This document shows, piece by piece, positions 56,371 to 64,000 of a stretch of 64,000 bases of DNA; within the stretch, counting starts at the first letter, position 1, and every line of letters begins with the position of its first letter. Source of the DNA: a virus; the IMG/VR virus record IMGVR_UViG_3300021185_002720, positions 1-64,000 of that record; one strand, 5' to 3'. The position numbers were made by a program, and so were the translations under genes. The notes beneath the pieces were generated by a model that saw only the letters and a program-made list of their open reading frames with translations, was not told the DNA's origin and did no database searches.

Positions 56371-56700
56371 ATGGCAGAAAAAAGAGGACATTTAGAAAAG
56401 ATGCGATATGACTTTCCTACTGAAGCAGTACTGGAAGTTAAGATTAAAGATAAATGGTATAGAACTACCTCTAGAGAATTTAGATCTTTCGATGGTCATA
56501 GACGATACACTAAACCAGAACGTCAACCAGGTTTAGGTATGAAAGATATGAAAGATATTAAATGGATAACTGTTGACTGTGATAATCTTCCGCTCTATAT
56601 GTTCGGTACTAATATTGCAGTAGAGAGAGAATGGAATGAAAAGATAGTTAACAGTCCATATTACGAAGAAACTAACGCAACATCAGCAAGCAGAGGGTAA
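56371..56700 (+). CDS. hypothetical protein
   Basis: Start ATG 56371 after the promoter; WYRTTSREFRSFDG. Confidence 0.75.
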   Translation: MAEKRGHLEKMRYDFPTEAVLEVKIKDKWYRTTSREFRSFDGHRRYTKPERQPGLGMKDMKDIKWITVDCDNLPLYMFGTNIAVEREWNEKIVNSPYYEETNATSASRG

Positions 56701-56999
56701 TGAAAAAGATACAATTTGAAAACGCAGCAGAGTTTGAAACATTATTCAAAAGAAAAACTGAAGAAGTAACAGATGCTATAGTAGAGTCTATTGAACAAGC
56801 TATTACAGATAGAAAAAAAGTAGCTGATTTGTTTGAAGTAAGCTTCGTTAACGTTGAAGAGGCATTTATTATTTCACTTAACCGCTCGCAATGGGTTACA
56901 GCTTTAAATTCCTGCTTAGATCACTACCATGAAAACTCTAGTGATCCAGACAAAGCTATTGATACATGGAAGTTATTAGAAATAGCTAAGGTATATTAA
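56700..56999 (+). CDS. hypothetical protein
   Basis: Translationally coupled ORF. Confidence 0.75.
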   Translation: MKKIQFENAAEFETLFKRKTEEVTDAIVESIEQAITDRKKVADLFEVSFVNVEEAFIISLNRSQWVTALNSCLDHYHENSSDPDKAIDTWKLLEIAKVY

Positions 57000-58201
57000 T
57001 GAGTGGAATAAAAGCCATACAGAGCTTCGTTAACTTCGGTACTCCGAATAGTACTTTTCCTTTAAATAAAGACTATGCTTATATTGCTAAGCTAAGTAGT
57101 CTACTCTTAAAAGAACATTATGGAGAGGTTACCCTTTATACAAACAAGTATCATAAGAGTGCCTTTGAACTAATGAACTTCCCATATGAATACGATACTA
57201 ATGTACTTTCAAAAGAGAAAGCAAAGATATTTTCTGAGGTAAAGCTACAAGCATTTGCAGCACAAGATAAACCTTATATACATTTTGATTTAGATACTAT
57301 AGTTGGTACGAAGCTAGACATTTATAGTAAGACATCTCCTTTTATATTCTCTCATCCTGATAAAAATAGAATAGGATTTAGAAAAGATGGAAAGATCAAA
57401 GGAGGAAAGAAGCATAAAGTTCTGCACTCTTTTCTAAACGATAGATGGTTTCATGATATATTCTCTACGTACTTTAAGTATCTTTGGACCTTAAAACTAC
57501 CTAAAGACTGGCCTACTCATCTTATATTTCCAGAATTAATTCCTAATATGAATATCGTTGGAGTTAAAGATCCTACTACGTTTAATAAAGCTGTAGAGAA
57601 AGCATTATGGATTGCTAATAACAATAGAGATAAGCTTACAGATTGGGAATCAGCCTGCTTTATAGAACAATTAGTTATACCTCTTTACCTTTCGTTTATT
57701 AGCCCTGAGTATAGAGAAGCACAGAAAGCTCATAAGAATAAAATAGGTATAGATTCTTTCTTACTAGCTAACTATGAGCTTAATGAAGTCCCTTCGATAA
57801 ATTTAAAAGGTGATTACGATGAGAGTATATACCATACAACTCCTCTGAAGTTTCCTTATAAGTATATTAATAATTATTCTTGCTCTGAATGCTCAGACTT
57901 CCATAAAAGAGAGTATGAGATAAACTCTGATGAAGATTTAGTTAAAATTTTAGACTTAAAAGATTATAAGTTAACACACATTGGTGGGTTTAATAAATCA
58001 GTTATAATCTATCAGGTAATGGTTCTTTACACACTTAAGAAATACTTTGGTGATGATGCAATTTTGGATGTAACGAAAGCTTATTTAGGTAAGAGAAAGA
58101 AAGCTAGACTGTCGCCTGGTGAAGCAGAATATGAAAGACTAACAGGTGATTATTTATTTACAGATTTTTATGGTTTTCCAAGAAAAAAACTGTTACTTTA
58201 G
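56999..58201 (+). CDS. DUF6734-like GT-A-type protein
   Basis: VTLYTN, KLQAF..QDKPYIHFDLD, PNMNIVG, FIEQ. Confidence 0.6.
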   Translation: MSGIKAIQSFVNFGTPNSTFPLNKDYAYIAKLSSLLLKEHYGEVTLYTNKYHKSAFELMNFPYEYDTNVLSKEKAKIFSEVKLQAFAAQDKPYIHFDLDTIVGTKLDIYSKTSPFIFSHPDKNRIGFRKDGKIKGGKKHKVLHSFLNDRWFHDIFSTYFKYLWTLKLPKDWPTHLIFPELIPNMNIVGVKDPTTFNKAVEKALWIANNNRDKLTDWESACFIEQLVIPLYLSFISPEYREAQKAHKNKIGIDSFLLANYELNEVPSINLKGDYDESIYHTTPLKFPYKYINNYSCSECSDFHKREYEINSDEDLVKILDLKDYKLTHIGGFNKSVIIYQVMVLYTLKKYFGDDAILDVTKAYLGKRKKARLSPGEAEYERLTGDYLFTDFYGFPRKKLLL

Positions 58202-58233
58202 TTGCCTAGGAACTTAATTTTTCTTATATTTAA
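58200..58233 (+). promoter_or_regulatory. Bacteroidota-type promoter
   Basis: AGTTG-N17-TCTTATATTTAAG. Confidence 0.75.
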
Positions 58234-58274
58234 GTATAAATAAGTTACTAATATAAATTAAAAAGGTTATTATT

Positions 58275-59117
58275 ATGTCAGATGTAATGTTAAATTTTCA
58301 AGGTGAGCAAACTTATATGAATAAGGAACAGCTCAAAGAAGTATGCCCTTTGGCATTCGCAACAGAAGCTACTAATCCAAAAGTTAGTGGTAGGTATTTA
58401 TTCGTTAATACGGAAACGATTATTGACGATTTAGATAAGTTAGGCTGGAAGCCAGTTCAAGCTGCTCAAAGAAAAGGTAGAGGTAAGTCTACTATATTCA
58501 GTAAGCATATGATTGCTTTCCAAAATCCTGAATTAAAGATTAAAGGTAAAGATGGAGACGATTCTTTTCCTAGAATTATCATGACTAACTCTCATGACGG
58601 TATGCAAGCGTTTAAGTTTAGCGTTGGTATCTTTAGATTAGTTTGTTCTAATGGTTTAGTTGTTGCTGATGAGCAGTTTTCTGATTTTAAGATCAAACAT
58701 AAAGGTTATACTTTCGAAGAGCTTAGAGGAGTTGTTAATCAAGCTGTTGAAGATCTTCCGAATAAAGTTGAGGTTCTTAATCAAATGAAGAATAGAATCT
58801 TAACTCAAGAAGAGAAGAATAAGTTAGCTTTAGATGCTATGTTAGTAAGAGCTGGTATAACTCCAGGTTCAGATAAGGCTAAGAAGTTCAACTACGATGA
58901 TGAAACTATTATCGACATCTTAGATCCTAAAAGGAAAGAAGATGAAGGAAGTGATCTATGGAAAGTTTTTAACGTTATCCAGGAGAAGATTACTCAAGGA
59001 GACTTTCATGCTGCTTTAACTGGAGCTAAAGTTAGAAAGGTTAGAAAGATTAAGTCTTTTGAAAAAGATCTTAAGGTCAATAAAGAGTTATTTAAACTAG
59101 CAACTGCTTTAGTATAA
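58275..59117 (+). CDS. DUF932/DUF945 family phage/plasmid protein
   Basis: NSHDG, GIFRLVCSNGLV, LWKVFNVIQEK, NKELF. Confidence 0.88.
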   Translation: MSDVMLNFQGEQTYMNKEQLKEVCPLAFATEATNPKVSGRYLFVNTETIIDDLDKLGWKPVQAAQRKGRGKSTIFSKHMIAFQNPELKIKGKDGDDSFPRIIMTNSHDGMQAFKFSVGIFRLVCSNGLVVADEQFSDFKIKHKGYTFEELRGVVNQAVEDLPNKVEVLNQMKNRILTQEEKNKLALDAMLVRAGITPGSDKAKKFNYDDETIIDILDPKRKEDEGSDLWKVFNVIQEKITQGDFHAALTGAKVRKVRKIKSFEKDLKVNKELFKLATALV

Positions 59118-59314
59118 TGGAGCTTTATAACGTACCTAGAAATAGTAGGATTAAAGTAGTGGGGGACATAAAAGTCCCTCCTGCTTCCCCTATGGTAGAG
59201 GGAGGAGAAATTCTGAACTTTAGAAGTATAGACGGAATGTACAGTTACTGTACTAGAGATGATGGTGAAGTAGTTCACTTAGCTGCTTGGACTGAAGTTG
59301 AGGTAATCGATTGA
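59117..59314 (+). CDS. hypothetical protein
   Basis: IDGMYSYC...VVHLAAWTEVE. Confidence 0.7.
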   Translation: MELYNVPRNSRIKVVGDIKVPPASPMVEGGEILNFRSIDGMYSYCTRDDGEVVHLAAWTEVEVID

Positions 59315-59327
59315 TATTTATTATTCT

Positions 59328-59495
59328 ATGATTGAAGTAATTAAACACACACTTGGATTCTGTGGAGAACACTGGCATCCTAATATATGGACAGCAATGG
59401 CAGGATCGCCATTGATAGCAACAACTGCTTATTGGATTAAATGTAAATGTGGCGGTTGGTTTAACAAACACGATAAAAACTGTAAGCATGACTAG
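59328..59495 (+). CDS. small Cys/His-rich protein (55 aa)
   Basis: MIEVIKHTLGFCGEHWHPNI...CKCGGWFNKHDKNCKHD after TATTTATT. Confidence 0.6.
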   Translation: MIEVIKHTLGFCGEHWHPNIWTAMAGSPLIATTAYWIKCKCGGWFNKHDKNCKHD

Positions 59496-59757
59496 AGCAA
59501 AAAAATGGTGGAGATCAGTCCTCAAGCAAATGGTTAGAGATAAAAGACTAACCCCTGCTCAAAGACTAGGAACTAGGATAGGTTATATGGGAGTAGGATT
59601 CTTAATTGCTGGTCAATGGACATTAGAACCAGCTCTTTATATGCTAGGCTTTGGATGCGTACTCATTCAAGTATCAGTCCGAAGACAATGGAATCTAGTA
59701 GCCTTACAGCTTAACGGTCTAGTAGCTTGGACAATACATTTCTTTACTAATGGTTAA
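59488..59757 (+). CDS. small multi-TM protein
   Basis: Three hydrophobic segments; likely start ATG 59488. Confidence 0.7.
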   Translation: MTRAKKWWRSVLKQMVRDKRLTPAQRLGTRIGYMGVGFLIAGQWTLEPALYMLGFGCVLIQVSVRRQWNLVALQLNGLVAWTIHFFTNG

Positions 59758-60157
59758 AGGAGTTATTGCAGGAAACTTTGACGTATTACATCCAGGTTAT
59801 ATTGAGATGTTTAAGGAAATGAAGGAAAACTGTACTTGCTTAATAGTATTATTACATACAGATCCTTCAATTGAAAGACCTCATAAACTTAGACCTATCC
59901 TTTCTTCTAAAGAAAGAAAAGAGATGTTAGAAAGTATTAGATATGTAGATGATGTGATCAGATATACCTATGAAGAACAATTGCTGGATTTACTTAAAGT
60001 AGGTGAGTTTGATATTAGATTCTTAGGTGATGATTACATCAATAAGCCATTCACTGGTGATAACTTAAAGATACCTATTCACTATATGAGTAGAGATCAT
60101 GGTTGGTCTACAACTAAATTTAAAAGATTAATAGCAGAAAGTTTGACTTCTGCATAA
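59750..60157 (+). CDS. cytidylyltransferase (TagD/glycerol-3-phosphate cytidylyltransferase-like)
   Basis: AGNFDVLHPGY, IRYVDDV, LGDDY, WSTT. Confidence 0.85.
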   Translation: MVKGVIAGNFDVLHPGYIEMFKEMKENCTCLIVLLHTDPSIERPHKLRPILSSKERKEMLESIRYVDDVIRYTYEEQLLDLLKVGEFDIRFLGDDYINKPFTGDNLKIPIHYMSRDHGWSTTKFKRLIAESLTSA

Positions 60158-60198
60158 ATTTTCTTATCTTTATTATTAATAAATTAAACAAATGTTAT

Positions 60199-60387
60199 AT
60201 GATTGAAAAGTATTTTTTATCCCGATTAAAGATCAACGCAAAAACTTCTGAGTTAGTAATTCCTGGTGAACATATCAACATGGATGGCTATACCTATGAA
60301 CAACTATCAAGACGACCAAAAGGTAGAACTATCTTTAGAAAGTTAATCAACGAAAAAACTAACGAAAGATTTACCGTGTATGCTTAA
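60199..60387 (+). CDS. hypothetical protein
   Basis: Preceded by a promoter copy at ~60142-60172. Confidence 0.6.
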   Translation: MIEKYFLSRLKINAKTSELVIPGEHINMDGYTYEQLSRRPKGRTIFRKLINEKTNERFTVYA

Positions 60388-60748
60388 ACTTACTGACTTA
60401 GCATTTGGATGCCTAGCGTTCTTAGGTGCTCATTTGCTCACTTTCTACCAACTGAATGGACAGTTTTTAAAATCAACAGATTGGTTTAGAAAGAATGAAT
60501 TTTGGGTAGCAGCAGCAGGAATACTTCTATCGTATTTTTACATTTATGGAACTAAGTATACCGTTTCCGGAATGGGAGGATTGTTGTGGCCAGCTAGATT
60601 TATAGGGTTTAGTATTGGAATGTTTCTTTATGCTCTGATGGTTAATTATCACTTTGCTGAAGGAATGAATGCTAAAACTTGGGTTAGCTTAGCTTTATGT
60701 ATGCTTCTAATCTGCATTCAGGTATTTTGGAAAACAACAACAGCATAA
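60380..60748 (+). CDS. four-TM membrane protein (DMT/SMR-like)
   Basis: Four hydrophobic helices; WPARFIGF. Confidence 0.7.
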   Translation: MLKLTDLAFGCLAFLGAHLLTFYQLNGQFLKSTDWFRKNEFWVAAAGILLSYFYIYGTKYTVSGMGGLLWPARFIGFSIGMFLYALMVNYHFAEGMNAKTWVSLALCMLLICIQVFWKTTTA

Positions 60749-60751
60749 TAT

Positions 60752-61513
60752 ATGACTATATACGGGTACGGAGATAGCTTTACAGCAGGAGATGGAACTA
60801 GAGTTCCCTTAACAATAGATAAAAAGGATTATGACCTTCCAAACCCTAAGGGGTATAAGTTCTGGCTAGATGCTTTAGGTGATAATTTTAAAGCTGATAA
60901 AGTAGTTAATGAAGGAGTAGGAGGATTGTCTAATGATGTAGTTCTATATAAACTACTAGCAGATTTAGGTAAGTTTGAAAAAGGAGATATGGTTATCGTA
61001 AGTGTAGGTTTTATTGAACGTACAGACTTCGTTTATGACGATGCTTCCAGAGAAACTCTAACCTCAGTAAAAGAAGTATCTGGCTGTGATGGCAGTCCTA
61101 CATACTGTTGCACTACTAGTGTTCCTACCTACTATCCACAAGATTCACCTGGACCTCAATATTTTCAAATATTTCAAGACACAGAACAATTAAATAAGTT
61201 CCGTGAAGAAATGCTTCACAATCATGGTAGAACACCAGAAGATATGTTGACTGCTGTGTACAATTATAATGCTAATTATAAAGCACCTAACAATAAGTAC
61301 ATTAGAGCTGAACATACCTTCAGAGTTAAATTAGTAACGGAGTATCTAGAATCAAAAGGAGTGAAGTGTTTGGTATGGGACTTACCTTCTATTGCTTTTA
61401 AGTATGAGACAATTGATACTGCAACGAGAGGTAAGGTAAAAGATTATCATTGGAGCTGGAAAGGTAATAATCAATTTGCTCAATATTTAACTAAAAAACT
61501 AAAAAGTCTATGA
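60752..61513 (+). CDS. SGNH/GDSL hydrolase-like protein
   Basis: GYGDSFTAG, NEGVGGLSN, DYHWSWKGN. Confidence 0.7.
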   Translation: MTIYGYGDSFTAGDGTRVPLTIDKKDYDLPNPKGYKFWLDALGDNFKADKVVNEGVGGLSNDVVLYKLLADLGKFEKGDMVIVSVGFIERTDFVYDDASRETLTSVKEVSGCDGSPTYCCTTSVPTYYPQDSPGPQYFQIFQDTEQLNKFREEMLHNHGRTPEDMLTAVYNYNANYKAPNNKYIRAEHTFRVKLVTEYLESKGVKCLVWDLPSIAFKYETIDTATRGKVKDYHWSWKGNNQFAQYLTKKLKSL

Positions 61514-61710
61514 TTTATATTATATCTAAAATATTAATATACATTCTGATTGGAATGGTATGGAAGGATTGGTTAGAGTATTATACCAATAAACATTTTG
61601 AAGGTAGAATGGGTGAGAGGTTTACACTTCGTGAAACTTTAACACAAGTTTTCCTCTGGCCTGTATTCGTATTAATATTTATCACAGAATTCATAAGAAA
61701 CATTTTATAA
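61510..61710 (+). CDS. small membrane protein
   Basis: Two TM segments, LWP motif. Confidence 0.65.
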   Translation: MIYIISKILIYILIGMVWKDWLEYYTNKHFEGRMGERFTLRETLTQVFLWPVFVLIFITEFIRNIL

Positions 61711-62435
61711 TGAACGTAGCTGTATTAGTAGACATAATTAAAGAAACAAAAATGAATTGGAGGTTTATATTTGAATCTCCTCTTTATGATAATATCAATT
61801 TCATACCTGGTCAATTAGTACAGATAGGTATTCCCTGGAATGAAAAATGGGGCTCTGGAGGAGATTGGCTTACTAGAAATTACTCTGTAGCTTCCTACCC
61901 TGACAATACTAATAAGTTTGAACTTATAGTGACTTATCTTCCTGGAGGTAAAATGTCAGATTACTTATTTAATGAAGCTAAGATTGGAGACGAAATTATT
62001 TATAGAGGTCCTATGGGAGTATTTACTCTGCCTGATAATCTACTAGAGAGAGATATATTTTTAGTATCAACAGGTTCAGGAGTTAGTCCTTTTCGTTCTA
62101 TGATTAATAATATTTACAATAAGAACATACCTTTTAAGAAAATTAATCTTTATTTTGGTACTAGAAAAGAATCTGATTTACTGTATCGACAAGAGTTTGA
62201 AAAGATAGCTAAAGAGTTACCTAACTTTAACTATAGACCTACTCTGTCACAAGAAGATAAACTAGGTTTTAGGAAAGGACACGTTCACGAACATTACCTA
62301 AATGATATCAATACTGATGATAAACCATTAGTCTACTTCTGTGGATGGGATCGAATGATTACTGAGGGAAGGATAAAATTAGATGCAATGGGATTCAAAA
62401 TGCAAAAAGATATTAGAGTAGAAATATTCGGTTAA
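61710..62435 (+). CDS. ferredoxin-NAD(P)+ reductase-family FAD-binding oxidoreductase
   Basis: FIPGQ, RNYSVAS, GGKMSDYL, GPMG, STGSGVSPFRSM, YFCG. Confidence 0.9.
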   Translation: MNVAVLVDIIKETKMNWRFIFESPLYDNINFIPGQLVQIGIPWNEKWGSGGDWLTRNYSVASYPDNTNKFELIVTYLPGGKMSDYLFNEAKIGDEIIYRGPMGVFTLPDNLLERDIFLVSTGSGVSPFRSMINNIYNKNIPFKKINLYFGTRKESDLLYRQEFEKIAKELPNFNYRPTLSQEDKLGFRKGHVHEHYLNDINTDDKPLVYFCGWDRMITEGRIKLDAMGFKMQKDIRVEIFG

Positions 62436-62953
62436 TGGAAGAGCAATTATTATTTACAGAAGAAGAATGTAATTGGTTATTAGATCATGCTACTGATTAC
62501 CACGATAGTACTGTTTCTTATGATTGGAATAGAACACCTGAGCTGCAAAGGATAAAGAACGATAAAGAGAGAATATCAGAGCAATGTGAACTAGGTCAAC
62601 CAGAAGGTCCATTAAAAGACTTTCTATTAGAGAAATTAAAACCTTTAGGATTTCAAAACTTAGATGGAGCATTCTTAAACTACGTAAGGTATTTCAAAGG
62701 AGGGTTTTTTACCAAACATATAGATGGTCCTGAAAGACATAAGACTTGTATTATTCAATTAACTCCTGAAGAAGTTTATAAAGGAGGTGATTTAATCGTT
62801 AGAGATAAAATAGTAAGTAAAGAAGTTGGTACAACTGTAATATTCGGTTCTAATGTTCCTCATGAGCTAACTCTAGTAGAAGAAGGTTATAGAAACTGCT
62901 TAGTTGTATGGACGAAAAAAGGTAATTTAATTGAAAAAAATACATTGATTTAG
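62435..62953 (+). CDS. 2OG-Fe(II) oxygenase (prolyl-hydroxylase-like)
   Basis: LFTEEEC, HID, YKGGDL, PHELTLVEEGYRNCLVVW. Confidence 0.88.
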   Translation: MEEQLLFTEEECNWLLDHATDYHDSTVSYDWNRTPELQRIKNDKERISEQCELGQPEGPLKDFLLEKLKPLGFQNLDGAFLNYVRYFKGGFFTKHIDGPERHKTCIIQLTPEEVYKGGDLIVRDKIVSKEVGTTVIFGSNVPHELTLVEEGYRNCLVVWTKKGNLIEKNTLI

Positions 62954-62985
62954 TTGCCTCCCTGCGTTATTCTTCTTATATTAAG
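62952..62985 (+). promoter_or_regulatory. Bacteroidota-type promoter, TCCCTGC-spacer subtype
   Basis: AGTTGCCTCCCTGCGTTATTCTTCTTATATTAAG then AAAATAAAGGTTATG. Confidence 0.8.
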
Positions 62986-63013
62986 GTATAATTAAAAAGG
63001 TAAAATAAAGGTT

Positions 63014-63781
63014 ATGACAAAAGCACAGATTTTAGATCAAATTATTGAAAAGAAGAGCCAAGAGCTCAAAGAGCTTACTAAGACTTATGTTGAAGTAGAA
63101 AAGAAGAGAGACTCTAAGTACTTCGAAATTATTCAAGAGTATTTCGGAGGAGAGTTTACTCTAGATGATGTATACTTTCATCATGATTACAGTACTAGCT
63201 TTGTAGTTAAACGTCCTCATAAGGAATATAACTATGACAAAGAAATGATTACTCTTAGGTTTAGAGATGATTGGAAGACTGGAGAGTTTACTGACATCGA
63301 AACTAGTATGTACTCTACTAATGATAATTCTCAGTGGGAACTAGAAAGATTATTTACTGCTGGTGAGGTAGCTAAAGTATTATTGGATCATGGAGATGAT
63401 ATTCTTGCTAAGTTTAATACTTATAAAGAGACTTTTGCTAATGAGTATAAAGATGCTAGAGATGCTAAGTGGAAGTGTGAAAGTGAGATTCAAAAGTTAA
63501 AAGATGAGAAAAATGAAACTTATTTATCTCAAGCTGAAACTTTACTTGAAGGAGAAGGATTAACGTTTGAAGGAAAGGATAAAGGTTCTATCGATCTTAG
63601 ATGGGATTGGACGTTGAGAGGTATTACTTCTGCTAAGATTCTTTCTAAAACTGCTTCCGGAAAGTCTGCTGATATAGAGATTAGTACTTACGGAGAAACT
63701 CCTAGAGTATACGAAAAAGTAAGAATGAGTAATATCGATGTCCTTAAATGGCAGTATAGAGATTACGTTATTAAAGCATAA
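63014..63781 (+). CDS. hypothetical coiled-coil protein
   Basis: 255-aa ORF with its own promoter. Confidence 0.8.
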   Translation: MTKAQILDQIIEKKSQELKELTKTYVEVEKKRDSKYFEIIQEYFGGEFTLDDVYFHHDYSTSFVVKRPHKEYNYDKEMITLRFRDDWKTGEFTDIETSMYSTNDNSQWELERLFTAGEVAKVLLDHGDDILAKFNTYKETFANEYKDARDAKWKCESEIQKLKDEKNETYLSQAETLLEGEGLTFEGKDKGSIDLRWDWTLRGITSAKILSKTASGKSADIEISTYGETPRVYEKVRMSNIDVLKWQYRDYVIKA

Positions 63782-63794
63782 AGATTCATAACCT

Positions 63795-63823
63795 GGAGAT
63801 GGGGGCGTCCTGCCCCCTGATCC
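63795..63823 (+). other. GC-rich hairpin (RNA-stabilising or terminator-like, no U-tract)
   Basis: GGA-GAT-GGGGGC-GTCCT-GCCCCC-TGA-TCC. Confidence 0.5.
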
Positions 63824-63842
63824 TAACCTTAATTCAAAAGCA

Positions 63843-64000
63843 ATGAGAATAAAAAATATAGGTTTTATACAACACCCAACTATTAAAAAAGCTATTATGG
63901 CTCATGTGATTACTGACGAAGGTAAACGCATTTCCATAGTATGTGGAGAGGGTATGTACAGTTCATCAAGAGCTGGGAATCGAGCAGAGTGTACAAGCAT
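63843..64000 (+). CDS. hypothetical protein, 3'-truncated by the window edge
   Basis: MRIKNIGFIQHPTIKKAIMAHVITDEGKRISIVCGEGMYS... open to the end. Confidence 0.6.
   Translation, partial: MRIKNIGFIQHPTIKKAIMAHVITDEGKRISIVCGEGMYSSSRAGNRAECTS

Noticed and set aside
1-64000. Stop-codon reassignment, or introns/inteins in core genes
   Set aside because: Recognisable genes (polA, groEL, queF, folE, neuB) are intact in the standard code and TAA, TAG and TGA all act as normal stops.
1-64000. Cellular (bacterial chromosome) origin with tRNA-queuosine biosynthesis
   Set aside because: Single-strand dense layout, many small orphans, phage-type PolA, lysis cassette and DUF932, with no queA/queG or ribosomal/housekeeping operons; no capsid or terminase gene is in the window, so viral origin is inferred rather than proven.

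Overview
AT-rich, densely coding window with essentially all real genes on the + strand. It is best read as part of a large tailed phage of Bacteroidota (Flavobacteriia): Bacteroidota-type promoters, a Flavobacteria-like tRNA-Ala(UGC), an Hc1/histone-H1-like protein and a T9SS-CTD-like domain sit beside phage-type genes (PolA lacking a 5'-3' exonuclease, PD-(D/E)xK exonuclease, DUF932, HNH, lysis cassette). Main modules: (1) a complete 7-deazaguanine DNA-modification cluster (queC, queD, queE, folE, queF, a divergent DpdA/TGT-like protein and a PurN-like formyltransferase, predicting formyl-preQ1 DNA), interleaved with a PRTase, a MazG-like pyrophosphatase, a P-loop kinase and a nuclease, just upstream of PolA; (2) Hsp20/GroES/GroEL, NadE, APRT and MTA/SAH nucleosidase; (3) a GNAT/2OG-oxygenase/GT block next to a circularly permuted ATP-grasp fused to a Hint-like domain; (4) a secreted/outer-membrane module (CsgG-like proteins, cohesin/dockerin-like protein, T9SS-CTD-like lipoprotein, beta-barrel); (5) a lysis cassette; (6) a ~15 kb glycan island with NeuB/NeuA, CysC, sulfotransferase and many GTs. 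Strongest signals no ORF track shows: two covarying preQ1-I riboswitch-like aptamers (4350-4377 and 6766-6793) at the 5' ends of the queD/queE and folE transcripts; a shared C-terminal -LI tag on unrelated modification enzymes; two promoter classes with apparent leaderless starts; and a long-range duplex bracketing hsp20. All calls come from motif recognition by eye; no database searches were run.
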